NCBI GenBank assembly: GCA_021836865.1
Contig: JAKBHH010000004.1
Location: 15,700 to 79,699, forward strand
DNA: 64,000 bases
DNA from: Acidobacteriota bacterium
GTDB lineage: Bacteria > Acidobacteriota > Terriglobia > Terriglobales > Acidobacteriaceae
Direction: 5' to 3'
A program made the position numbers and the translations under genes. Below, piece by piece: positions 1-8,421 of the stretch. Positions within the stretch are counted from its first letter, which is position 1; the number at the start of each line of letters is the position of its first letter. Below the pieces are notes generated by a model, which had not been told where the DNA came from, ran no database searches, and worked only from the letters and a program-made list of their open reading frames with translations.

Positions 1-9
1 TCAATCCTC

Positions 10-408
10 ATGCGAAAGAACATCAGCGGCGGTTCTCCCTACGAGCCCATCATCGGCTTCTCCCGCGCAGTCCGTGTGGGCCACACCGTTCACCTCGCCG
101 GCACAGGTCCCGTTGGTGCTGACAACGAAGACGCCGCCGGCCAGACGCGCCGCATCTTCGCCATCGCAGAAAAGGCCCTTGCCGAAGCCGGCGCCTCTTT
201 CAACGACGTTGTCCGCACCCGCCTCTACCTCACTCACGCCGAGGACTGGGAGGCCATCGGCCGCGTCCACGGCGAATTCTTCGGCCAGACCCGGCCCGCC
301 GCCACCATGGTCGTCGTCGCCAAGCTGCTCAATCCCGCCTGGCGCATTGAAATCGAAATGGAAGCCGTCATCCCCGAGGACACAGTCCCCGGTCCCTCCG
401 TCCCTTAG
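10..408 (+). CDS. RidA/YjgF-family (endoribonuclease L-PSP-like) protein
   Basis: 132-aa ORF of family-typical length. The C-terminal 'VRTRLYL...[25 protein letters not shown]' pattern is characteristic of the YjgF/RidA fold. The frame is open to the window edge, so the true start could lie upstream. Confidence 0.75.
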   Translation: MRKNISGGSPYEPIIGFSRAVRVGHTVHLAGTGPVGADNEDAAGQTRRIFAIAEKALAEAGASFNDVVRTRLYLTHAEDWEAIGRVHGEFFGQTRPAATMVVVAKLLNPAWRIEIEMEAVIPEDTVPGPSVP

Positions 409-436
409 TCCCTTGTTTCAGAAAGGTTCCTTCACC

Positions 437-1651
437 ATGTCCAAGCTCTCCATTCGCGACATCGACCTCACCAACAAGCGGGTCTTCATCCGCGTCGACT
501 TCAACGTCCCGCTCACCGAGGACGGCTCCACCATCACGGACGACACCCGCATCGTCGCCACCTTGCCCACCATCGAGTACGCCCTGCGCCACAAAGCCAA
601 GGTCATCCTCGCCTCGCACCTCGGCCGTCCCAAGGGCAAGCCCAATCCGAAGTACTCGCTCCGCCCCGTCGTTGACCGCCTCCGCCAGCTCCTCGACAGG
701 CAGCTCGGCGAGAGCGTCAACGTCGCTTTCTCGCCCGACTGCGTCGGCGAAGTCGCCCTCGAGCTTGCCCGCCAGCTCGAATCCGGCCAGGTCCTGCTCC
801 TTGAAAACCTGCGCTACCACGCCGAAGAAGAGGCCAACGACGCCGCCTTCTCCAAGTCTCTTGCGGCCCTCGCCGAGGTCTACGTCAATGACGCCTTCGG
901 CTCCGCGCACCGCGCGCATGCGTCCACTGAGGGCATCACCCACTTCCTCAAGCCCGCCGTCGCGGGCCTGCTCATGGAAAAGGAGATCACCTACCTCGGC
1001 AAGGCCCTCGAAGCGCCTGAGAAGCCCTTCGTCGCCATCATCGGCGGCTCCAAGATCTCCGGCAAAATCGACGTCATCCAGAACCTGCTCGACAAGGTCA
1101 ACACCCTCGTCATCGTCGGCGGCATGGCCTATACCTTCCAGCGCGCCCTCGGCGTCACCACCGGCAAGTCCCTCGTCGAAGAGGACAAGATCGACCTCGC
1201 CAAAGAGACCCTCGCGAAGGCCAAAGCCAAAGGCGTGAACCTCCTGCTGCCCGTCGACAACATCCTCGCCGACAACTTTGCCCCCGACGCCAAGACGCAG
1301 CCCTGGGACACCAGCAAGAACTTCCCCGCCGACTGGCAGGGCCTCGACATCGGCCCCAAGTCCATCGCGGCCATTGAAGAGGTCGTCTCCACCGCCCGCA
1401 CCATCGTCTGGAACGGCCCCGCCGGCGTCTTCGAGTTTCCTCGCTTCGCCGTCGGCACCAACGCCATCGCCCGCGCCGTCGCAGCCAACAAGGCGGCCAC
1501 CTCCATCATCGGCGGCGGCGACTCCGTCAGCGCGATTAACCAGGCCGGCGTCGCCGACCAGATTACCCACATCTCCACCGGCGGCGGAGCCAGCCTCGAA
1601 TTCCTCGAAGGCAAGAAACTCCCCGGCGTCGAAGCCCTGACGGATAAGTAG
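437..1651 (+). CDS. pgk: phosphoglycerate kinase
   Basis: 404-aa product starting [11 protein letters not shown]. Contains 'RVDFNVPL', 'ASHLGRPKG' and '[14 protein letters not shown]' Pgk motifs. The internal ATG at 437 was chosen within the longer 74..1651 ORF, whose N-terminal part is Pro/Ser-rich nonsense. Confidence 0.95.
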   Translation: MSKLSIRDIDLTNKRVFIRVDFNVPLTEDGSTITDDTRIVATLPTIEYALRHKAKVILASHLGRPKGKPNPKYSLRPVVDRLRQLLDRQLGESVNVAFSPDCVGEVALELARQLESGQVLLLENLRYHAEEEANDAAFSKSLAALAEVYVNDAFGSAHRAHASTEGITHFLKPAVAGLLMEKEITYLGKALEAPEKPFVAIIGGSKISGKIDVIQNLLDKVNTLVIVGGMAYTFQRALGVTTGKSLVEEDKIDLAKETLAKAKAKGVNLLLPVDNILADNFAPDAKTQPWDTSKNFPADWQGLDIGPKSIAAIEEVVSTARTIVWNGPAGVFEFPRFAVGTNAIARAVAANKAATSIIGGGDSVSAINQAGVADQITHISTGGGASLEFLEGKKLPGVEALTDK

Positions 1652-1675
1652 ATCGAACTGGCCTGCCGGTCTGAC

Positions 1676-2797
1676 CTAATCCGTTGGATCGGCAGAGCCC
1701 GACATCTCCCCAATGATGAATCTTGCTCTGTTTAGCAATTCATCATAGGTCACGATCTCAGTGTTCTTTAGTTGCCCCCGGAATATCTCAAAACAATTGA
1801 GCTTCTCCAGCGTATTGAGTTCGCTCGTCCGCCCGTAAATAAGCAGCGAACGCGGGTGGACCGTGTAAATGTGCTCAGGTTCCAACCGGCTTCTATTCGC
1901 TTCAGTCCTGCTGCCCTCCAACTCCCAAGTGCGAGCATTCACTTGAACCTGAGAGAGCGCATTTGCAAATTCGACATCGAACCCCGGAACCCCGTTGCGA
2001 TACTTTTGCCCTCTTGAATTAGCCTGGAATATTGGGGAATCTGGGCGCTTGATCTCAACGAGCACAATGAATCTTGCGTCGCCTTCAGTGTGATGGAGGT
2101 AGTCCCCCTTCTGGGCGCCTCTACCAGTGAGATCAGTTCCACCATACTCAGCTTGTGCTTGTAGCTGATTTAGGAACTGATATCGAAGTCCTAGGCCAAA
2201 AATCCACTTGTTGTCATCAAAGAACTTCCCCCACGCAGGTTCATCCCAGGTCAATGCCCGCATCGCTTCCTCGAATTTGCGAACGGAAGCCTTTCTTCTG
2301 CCAAGAATCTGATCGTCAGCAAACCTCTCCGCTTCGTGCGGTTTCAAGGTCGCTAGTTCCTTCCAAAAGGCTCCGCTGTATCCCTTGTTGATAAGGCCCT
2401 CGACGACTGGCTTAAGGGTCTCATCATTGATCTCAATGACCCTATCTCGGGATTCAACACTGAATCTTTTGGCGCGCTCGTCGAGGGAAGCAATCTCAGC
2501 CGTTTTAAGCAGGACGCTAATTCCGTTGAGAAAGTTATTCATCGCCTCGCTCTTCAACTCGAAGCTGACCGCCTCACCGGCCTTAACGTCTTTTAGGGAG
2601 AGCCCGTCCCCGTCCTCCCAGCCCGAGGCCCCCTTTCGCTGGTACATAAACTTGCCACGCAAATGCCGATTTCCCATTTCGTCCTCATAGAAAGACGGCA
2701 GGAAGAAGCGACGTGTCCGCGATGTCGTCTCAAGCTTGATAGGTCTGTCAATTTCAATGTAGTTCTCCGTCACATGGTGAGTGCGAATCTCGGTCAT
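1676..2797 (-). CDS. DUF4263/Shedu (SduA)-like PD-(D/E)xK nuclease-domain protein
   Basis: 373-aa ORF with ATG preceded by GGAGGG. The C-terminal half reads 'WGKFFDDNKWIFGLGLRY...GDYLHH...FIVLVEIKRP...ALSQVQVN...LLIYGR...EIVTYDELL'. This matches the remembered DUF4263 pattern (W-x-F-G, D...E-x-K, Q, IGR, TYDELL). The gene is visibly AT-richer than its neighbours. Confidence 0.6.
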   Translation of the reverse strand: MTEIRTHHVTENYIEIDRPIKLETTSRTRRFFLPSFYEDEMGNRHLRGKFMYQRKGASGWEDGDGLSLKDVKAGEAVSFELKSEAMNNFLNGISVLLKTAEIASLDERAKRFSVESRDRVIEINDETLKPVVEGLINKGYSGAFWKELATLKPHEAERFADDQILGRRKASVRKFEEAMRALTWDEPAWGKFFDDNKWIFGLGLRYQFLNQLQAQAEYGGTDLTGRGAQKGDYLHHTEGDARFIVLVEIKRPDSPIFQANSRGQKYRNGVPGFDVEFANALSQVQVNARTWELEGSRTEANRSRLEPEHIYTVHPRSLLIYGRTSELNTLEKLNCFEIFRGQLKNTEIVTYDELLNRARFIIGEMSGSADPTD

Positions 2798-2894
2798 TCA
2801 GGAAACCCTCCACGCGAACCCTTCCCGCAAACGTGAAAAGGTCGCGACCTATGCCCAGGATCATTCACCAAGCAGGATACGTCAGCAGTTTGGT

Positions 2895-3050
2895 GCCGGG
2901 TGCCCCATTCATGGCGTCTGCGCAGCAGGCGCCATGGGTGGGAATGCACGAACCCTCCCCAGCCCATCTCCACCAACTACACTTGTCATCCCGAGCGACC
3001 GAAGCGCAGCGCAGGAAGCCGAGGGATCTGCGGTTGCTTTTTCCCGCAGT
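2895..3050. repeat. structured intergenic repeat-like element (imperfect hairpin plus 'GTCATCCCGAGCG...GAGGGATCTGCGGTTGCTTTTTC' module)
   Basis: Imperfect 13-bp stem at 2904-2916 / 2930-2942 (CCCATTCATGGCG...CGCCATGGGTGGG), followed by the module at 2985-3049. A related core (GCCG-GTGG-C-TTTGCGGTTGCT) recurs at 18252-18273. It resembles dispersed intergenic elements I recall from Acidobacteria, but the family assignment is unverified. Confidence 0.35.
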
Positions 3051-3108
3051 CGTACGCTGCACGTTCAAACTCAAAAACCAATTCGTTGCCGCAGTCCTCT
3101 AGCCACCG

Positions 3109-3552
3109 TCACTTCCCCGCATCCATCGCCCTGAAGTGCCCTTTCCCTGCCATCCCCAGCAGCGCCCGATCCGCCGTCACCAGCGTCGCGCCCAGTTGCC
3201 GCGACGTCGCCACCAGCATCCGGTCCGCCGGGTCAGCGTGCATCGCGAACGGCAGCCGCGTGCTCGCCACTGCAATCTCCGGCTCCAGCGGAACGAGACT
3301 CAGCCCCGGCGTCGCCAGCGCATCGCGCACCCAATCCATCACATCCCCGTCCAGTTCGATGCGCTTCTTGGTCACCAGCATCGCAATCTCCCAGGTCGTA
3401 ATCGCAGCAACCAGCAGTCGATCCTGCCGCGCAGCCACGCGGATCGCCGCTCTTGCCTTCGCTCCAAGTCCTGCCTCTCCCAGAATCAGCCACACCAGAA
3501 CATGCGTGTCCAGCAGCAGGCGAGGCCGTTGCACGGATTCCGCGGCCGTCAC
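3109..3552 (-). CDS. vapC: PIN-domain toxin (VapC family)
   Basis: Contains 'LLLDTHVLVWL' (N-terminal catalytic Asp region) and 'ADRMLVATSRQLGATLVTADRA' (C-terminal PIN motif). The GTG at 3552 overlaps the antitoxin stop codon (GTGA). Alternative GTG starts lie at 3567 and 3534. Confidence 0.8.
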   Translation of the reverse strand: MTAAESVQRPRLLLDTHVLVWLILGEAGLGAKARAAIRVAARQDRLLVAAITTWEIAMLVTKKRIELDGDVMDWVRDALATPGLSLVPLEPEIAVASTRLPFAMHADPADRMLVATSRQLGATLVTADRALLGMAGKGHFRAMDAGK

Positions 3553-3776
3553 TTCATCGCCTCCCACTCGACATCCAGTGGGGCAACAATGTCGCCCACA
3601 ATCTTCCCGCTCCCCTTCATCCGCCCAAACGGGTCGGAGTCTCCGGGCAGCGGAACCACCTGCGCCACCGGCTTGCCGTGCTTGGTGATCACCAGCGTGC
3701 CCCGCTTCTCAGCCACCTCATCGAGCAGCTTCAAGCACTTCGCCTTAAACTCCCCGGCAGGAATCGTCACCTTCAT
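3549..3776 (-). CDS. Phd/YefM-type antitoxin
   Basis: Small ORF directly upstream of and overlapping the PIN gene. 'KAKCLKLLDEVAEKRGTLVITKHGKPVAQVVPL' is the classic Phd/YefM signature. The ATG at 3776 has GGGAGA 7 nt upstream. In-frame alternative starts lie at 3782, 3791 and 3797. Confidence 0.8.
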   Translation of the reverse strand: MKVTIPAGEFKAKCLKLLDEVAEKRGTLVITKHGKPVAQVVPLPGDSDPFGRMKGSGKIVGDIVAPLDVEWEAMK

Positions 3777-3895
3777 GGCCATTTCTCCCATGGTCACTGA
3801 CCATGGTCATATCCTATCATTGATGCACCTGGTCGGGTACCGTAGATCTCGCCTCTGAGATCTGGGAGATCACGGAGTCAACCCGGCGCATCCCT

Positions 3896-4156
3896 TCACG
3901 ACACTCCGCCCGTCGACTCCCGCCCCGCCAGCGCCCGCAAAAACTGCCGCCCGTCCATGTGGTACTTGAATGCCTTGCGCCCGTCGATAAACACCACGGG
4001 CACCTCTTCGTTGAACTTCTCCCGCAGCTCCGGGTCTCCATCAATATCTACCACCTGCCACTGGAACTCGGCCTCACCCTCCATCTGCCTCAGCGTGTCT
4101 TTCACCACGTCGCACAGATGACACCCCTCTCGCGAATACACCACAACCTCATGCAT
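3896..4156 (-). CDS. glutaredoxin-like (thioredoxin-fold) small protein
   Basis: 86 aa. Has the 'VVVYSREGCHLCD' CxxC motif near the N-terminus, followed by 'VPVVFIDGR', typical of the glutaredoxin-2/DUF836-type family. Confidence 0.7.
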   Translation of the reverse strand: MHEVVVYSREGCHLCDVVKDTLRQMEGEAEFQWQVVDIDGDPELREKFNEEVPVVFIDGRKAFKYHMDGRQFLRALAGRESTGGVS

Positions 4157-4307
4157 AGGCCGATTCTAAACGCGGACTCCCTTTGCACCTTCCATGATTC
4201 TGCTTGCGCGCCGGGTGGTTTCGCCTCTGCTCCAAAGTCTCCCATAGTTAGCTTGAGAAAGTTAGAATCAACGATGAAGCACCACACCAATCCACCTGGA
4301 GCGAGCC

Positions 4308-4922
4308 TTGGCCTACTACACGCGGGTTCTTTCAAAAGATGAAGGCTTCCCACCCTTCGATGAGCTTGCACAGTGGATCCGCACCGAGCACCCCGGCTAC
4401 AAGCTCACCCTCGAAGAAGGCGAAGAGGAGGAATGGGAATCCCTTCTACTCTCCGGCGACGATGACGTTGAAGTCGCACTCCTCGAACGCATTCCCGTCT
4501 TTGATCCTGATTCGATGGGAGACTTCATCGAAGATCTTGAGGATTGCAAGCCTGAAACCGGCGTTGCATGGCTCACCGAATACCTCGCCGAGGTCAAAAC
4601 GGCCTACGCCTTCCTGCACCTGCAGGGATCGGAAACAGAAGAAGGCGGCAACACGCTTCATGCGCTCCGCTCGCATCTCTGGGAGCGCGGCGACGCCATC
4701 ATACAAGCGGATGGCGAAGGCTTCACCAACGAAGACGGCTTCCACATCGTCTGGCAGTTTTCCGACTCCGTCTCCGGGCCATGGAATATGGGCGTCTTGC
4801 AGGACGGCACCTGGTACCACTTCAAAATGGATCTGTCCGACCCCGGCCATCGCACCGCATTCCTCAACGGCGAAGTGCCGGAGGACTTATCCGCAATTCG
4901 CGTATCCGGTGCACACGAATAA
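4308..4922 (+). CDS. hypothetical acidic protein
   Basis: 204-aa ORF starting at TTG, with GGAG 6 nt upstream. Strongly acidic (EEGEEEEWE, DDDVE, many D/E). No motif I recognise. Codon usage looks native. Confidence 0.55.
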   Translation: MAYYTRVLSKDEGFPPFDELAQWIRTEHPGYKLTLEEGEEEEWESLLLSGDDDVEVALLERIPVFDPDSMGDFIEDLEDCKPETGVAWLTEYLAEVKTAYAFLHLQGSETEEGGNTLHALRSHLWERGDAIIQADGEGFTNEDGFHIVWQFSDSVSGPWNMGVLQDGTWYHFKMDLSDPGHRTAFLNGEVPEDLSAIRVSGAHE

Positions 4923-5037
4923 GCCCGGCACAAACCTTTGCATCCCTTGCGGCTCCGCGCTTGCGCCCACGATGTGCTCGCTGTCACCCAACTGCCACAA
5001 TTCCATCCGATAAAATCGAGAAGAGGAATTCCGAACC

Positions 5038-5790
5038 ATGTCTCGTAAAAAGCTGATTGCCGCAAACTGGAAGATGTACAAGACTCCCGCCGAGGCCAAG
5101 GCCTTTGTCGACGCCTTTTTACCGCTCGTCGCCAGCCACACCCGCGATGAAATCGCCCTCTTTCCCTCGCCGGTCCTCCTGCCCACGGTAGTTGCTGCAT
5201 GCAAGGGCTCCAACGTCGCCGTCGGCTGCCAGAACATCCACTTCGCCGAGGAAGGCGCCTACACCGGCGAAACCTCCATCGGACAGCTCAAGGCCATCGG
5301 CGGAACCCACACCCTCATCGGCCACTCGGAGCGCCGCCAGTACTTCGCCGAGACCGACGAGATCGTGAACAAGAAGCTCCATACCGCGCTCAAGCACGGC
5401 ATCGTTCCCGTCGTCTGCATCGGTGAAGTCCTCGCTGAGCGCGAAGCAGGCAAAACCGCCGAGGTCCTCAAGACCCAGGTCACCGAAGCCTTTGCCGGCA
5501 TCACCGCGGAGATGGCCGCTCCCATCGTCATCGCCTATGAACCCGTCTGGGCCATCGGCACCGGCAAAACCGCAACGCCCGAGATGGCCGTCGACGCGCA
5601 CAAAATCATCCGCGCTGAAGTCGCCCGTCTTCTCGGCTCCGATGTCGCAGCAAAGATGCGCATCCTCTACGGCGGCAGCGTCAAGCCCGACAACGCCACC
5701 GCCCTGCTCGGCCAGGAAGATATTGACGGAGCACTGGTCGGCGGTGCCAGCCTCAAGCCCGACTCCTTTACCTCCATCGTCAAGTACTAG
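5038..5790 (+). CDS. tpiA: triose-phosphate isomerase
   Basis: Contains the 'AANWKM', 'IGHSERR', 'AYEPVWAIGTGKTA' and 'YGGSVKP' motifs. Confidence 0.95.
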   Translation: MSRKKLIAANWKMYKTPAEAKAFVDAFLPLVASHTRDEIALFPSPVLLPTVVAACKGSNVAVGCQNIHFAEEGAYTGETSIGQLKAIGGTHTLIGHSERRQYFAETDEIVNKKLHTALKHGIVPVVCIGEVLAEREAGKTAEVLKTQVTEAFAGITAEMAAPIVIAYEPVWAIGTGKTATPEMAVDAHKIIRAEVARLLGSDVAAKMRILYGGSVKPDNATALLGQEDIDGALVGGASLKPDSFTSIVKY

Positions 5791-5819
5791 GGCCTGCATC
5801 AATCTTGCGCTGAAAGGGC

Positions 5820-5847
5820 GCGGCCTGAGCCGCGCCGCTCAGGCCGC
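5820..5847. terminator. GC-rich hairpin between convergent tpiA and the Rieske gene
   Basis: Perfect 11-bp stem GCGGCCTGAGC / GCTCAGGCCGC with the 6-nt loop CGCGCC, located 30 nt after the tpiA stop. There is no U-tract, so intrinsic-terminator function is uncertain. Confidence 0.4.
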
Positions 5848-5950
5848 ATGAAGCCCGAGACCTTTGCTCTTGGCAAAGCCCTCTTGCTGGCCTGTTTGCA
5901 TGGTTTCAACTACTTGTCCTCCAACTCCCCGGGCCGCGCTTCGCCCCTGC

Positions 5951-6259
5951 TCACAGCTTCGCCCGCACTTCGCCGTCTTCCACTTTCGCCTCATACACCC
6001 GTGCCCGTACCTCCGGGTCATGCTCCTCAACCCCCGTGCGCAGATCAAACGCAAAGGCATGCCACGGACACACCACCCGGCCCTCCTCCAGCAATCCCTC
6101 GCCCAACGGCCCACCTTCGTGCGGGCAAACACCATCCAGCACGCACACAGATTCCCCCAGGCGGGCGACGCAAAACGTCCGCCCCATCGCTGCAATCTCC
6201 CGCACCTCGCCCTCGGGCGGCAAGTCGGCCTCCGCACAGATCCGCACAAATTCGCTCAT
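5951..6259 (-). CDS. Rieske [2Fe-2S] domain protein (NirD-like small ferredoxin subunit)
   Basis: 102 aa. Carries the Rieske ligand boxes 'CPHEGGPL' and 'CPWHAFAF'. GGGAGGTG SD lies upstream of the ATG. Confidence 0.8.
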   Translation of the reverse strand: MSEFVRICAEADLPPEGEVREIAAMGRTFCVARLGESVCVLDGVCPHEGGPLGEGLLEEGRVVCPWHAFAFDLRTGVEEHDPEVRARVYEAKVEDGEVRAKL

Positions 6260-6360
6260 CGTACACCTCCCATCCGCCTGCAGCCCTTCATCCTAACGGT
6301 TCAGAACGCGTAGCATAAAGCTGTCTCTTCAACCAGGACCAAGGACCGAACCGGCCTCCC

Positions 6361-7299
6361 ATGTCCGCCAAAAATCGCACATCTCGCACCACCCCGCCAC
6401 GGGCCCACCGTCCGCATGCCGGAACTGCCGCAACCGCCCAGCCGCCGTTGATCTCCGCGCAGTGGCTCGGCCTTGCTATGGTTGCCGTCGTCGCCGCCGC
6501 GGCCATCTGCGGCTGGGCAGCGCTCTGTCTGCTCTTCTGGCAGGGCAGTTGGCAGTTGCTTTATCATCCCTCCGCCGCCGTCACCCGCACTCCCGCCAGC
6601 GTCGGCTTGTCCTTTGATTCTGTCCCGTTCGGCCCCGACAACGCGGGCCAGCCGCAACTCCAGGGCTGGTGGATTCCCCATCCGGCAGGCGCCCGTTACA
6701 CGGTCCTCTATCTGCACGGCGCAAACGGCAACCTCGGCAACACCGTAGACGCGCTAAAGCTACTCACAGATGCCGGCCTCAACGTCTTTGCGTTCGACTA
6801 TCGCGGCTACGGCGGAAGCGCCCCTGCACATCCCAGCGAAGCGGGCTGGCGTCAGGACGCAGAGGCCGCCATCACCTACCTCACCTCTACGCGGCACATT
6901 CCTCCCGCTTCGCTCCTGATCGCCGGAAAGGACCTGGGCGCGAACCTCGCACTCGAGCTGGCTGCGGCGCACTCTGACCTGGCCGGGGTCGTCCTTGACC
7001 AGCCTCTCGCGCATCCCATGGGTCCCGTCTTCAACGACCCGCGCGCAAAGCTCGTTCCAGCACGTACGCTTGTGAGCGACCGATTCGATCTGAATGCGCC
7101 TGCTGCGGCGCTGCGCCTACCTCTGCTTTGGTTCCATCGCGCCGACCTGGAACATGCGCGCTACATTGACTCTCCAACGGCTTACCAGCACGTGACGGCG
7201 CGCAAAAGTATCGTCTTGCTTCCAGCTGCGGCGGAAAGCGCCGAGGAATTCAGGGTCGCCCTGCGGCGCTGGCTCGATGATCTCGGGCCCCAGCGCTAG
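6361..7299 (+). CDS. alpha/beta-fold hydrolase family protein, membrane-anchored
   Basis: N-terminal TM segment ('LGLAMVAVVAAAAICGWAALCLLFW'). Contains 'YLHGANGN' (oxyanion region) and a nucleophile-elbow-like 'IAGKDLGANLA'. Overall layout resembles membrane-anchored serine aminopeptidase S33-type hydrolases. Confidence 0.65.
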   Translation: MSAKNRTSRTTPPRAHRPHAGTAATAQPPLISAQWLGLAMVAVVAAAAICGWAALCLLFWQGSWQLLYHPSAAVTRTPASVGLSFDSVPFGPDNAGQPQLQGWWIPHPAGARYTVLYLHGANGNLGNTVDALKLLTDAGLNVFAFDYRGYGGSAPAHPSEAGWRQDAEAAITYLTSTRHIPPASLLIAGKDLGANLALELAAAHSDLAGVVLDQPLAHPMGPVFNDPRAKLVPARTLVSDRFDLNAPAAALRLPLLWFHRADLEHARYIDSPTAYQHVTARKSIVLLPAAAESAEEFRVALRRWLDDLGPQR

Positions 7300-7305
7300 C
7301 GGCTC

Positions 7306-8235
7306 TCAGCGCGGTATATCCCGATGCAGCGCCTTCACCTTGTAGCCCGCCTTTCGCAGCCGTTTCGCCATCTCCTCGGCCATCATCACGCTGCGGTGCT
7401 GACCGCCCGTGCAGCCAAAAGCCACAGTCAGGTAGCTCTTGCCCTCTTCCACGTAGTGCGGCAGCAGATAGAGCATCAGGTCGCTCACCTTGCCCAGAAA
7501 CTCCTGCGTCTGCGGAAAGCCGCGCACATACGCGGCCACCTTGGGATCCTGGCCGGTCTTCTTGCGAAACTCCGGAACAAAATGCGGATTAGGCAGAAAG
7601 CGCACATCGAAGACGATATCCGCATCCAGCGGCACGCCGTTCTTGAAGCCAAAGCTCAGGCACGAGACCAGAAGCGTCTGCGACTTCTTCCCATGGCCAA
7701 AGCGCGACTGGATCTGCGCCCTCAGCTCATGCACGTTGAAGTTCGAGGTGTCGATCAGCGTGTCTGCCACATTGCGGATTGGGTCCAGAACCTGCCGTTC
7801 CTCCACGATCGAGCGCTCCACGGTCTCTGATTTACTCAATGGGTGCGGCCGCCGCGTCTCTGAGTAGCGTCGCACCAGCACGGCGTCCTGCGCATCCAGA
7901 AAAACCACGCGAGTGGGCAGTATCTTCTTCACGCGCTGCAGAATGTCCGGCAGGCGGTCCAGCGTCTGCCCCTCGCGCACGTCCACCACAATGGCCGCGC
8001 GCGCTATCTCTTTCGATTTGCCTACCAGGCCGGCAAACTCCGTGAGCAGCTCCAGCGGCAGGTTGTCCACCGCGTGATAGCCAAGGTCTTCAAAATCCTT
8101 GAGCGCAGAGGCCTTGCCGGCGCCTGAAATGCCTGTCACGATCACCAGTTCTTTGGCTGGTTGGGATGACGCGGCCGGGCTGGGCCCTACCCGCCGCACA
8201 GCCCGGCCGCGCGGTGTCTTTCCTGAGTGCTCCAT
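7306..8235 (-). CDS. rapZ: RNase adapter protein RapZ (YvcJ/YhbJ family, P-loop)
   Basis: Contains Walker A 'GISGAGKAS', 'DNLP' and the C-terminal 'GCTGGQHRSV'. ATG at 8235 chosen. A TTG at 8250 would add 5 aa. Confidence 0.85.
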   Translation of the reverse strand: MEHSGKTPRGRAVRRVGPSPAASSQPAKELVIVTGISGAGKASALKDFEDLGYHAVDNLPLELLTEFAGLVGKSKEIARAAIVVDVREGQTLDRLPDILQRVKKILPTRVVFLDAQDAVLVRRYSETRRPHPLSKSETVERSIVEERQVLDPIRNVADTLIDTSNFNVHELRAQIQSRFGHGKKSQTLLVSCLSFGFKNGVPLDADIVFDVRFLPNPHFVPEFRKKTGQDPKVAAYVRGFPQTQEFLGKVSDLMLYLLPHYVEEGKSYLTVAFGCTGGQHRSVMMAEEMAKRLRKAGYKVKALHRDIPR

Positions 8236-8421
8236 GCGCTCATCGTACAACGGCGGAGGGATTCCCCGGAATGAAGAATCTATTATGCTTTACGCCCCGC
8301 GGAAACTTTGGTGACTTGCACAGATACCGGAGCGAACGAAGCGGCGAAGGGTCCACCAGGCCGGGCCGAACCCTCCACAACAATGCACGTCATCCAGCGC
8401 CCGCCTGGCGCCTGAAGACCT

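Noticed and set aside
368-1570. 400-aa ORF antisense to pgk
   Set aside because: It lies fully inside the well-supported pgk gene on the opposite strand. The product is a Gly/Asp/Ala/Val-rich string with no motifs, typical of a high-G+C shadow ORF.
2900-3858. 262-aa and 240-aa plus-strand ORFs across the repeat element and the VapBC pair
   Set aside because: They are Ser/Arg/Pro-rich translations antisense to the Phd/VapC pair, which has canonical motifs and coupling. They also run through the intergenic repeat.
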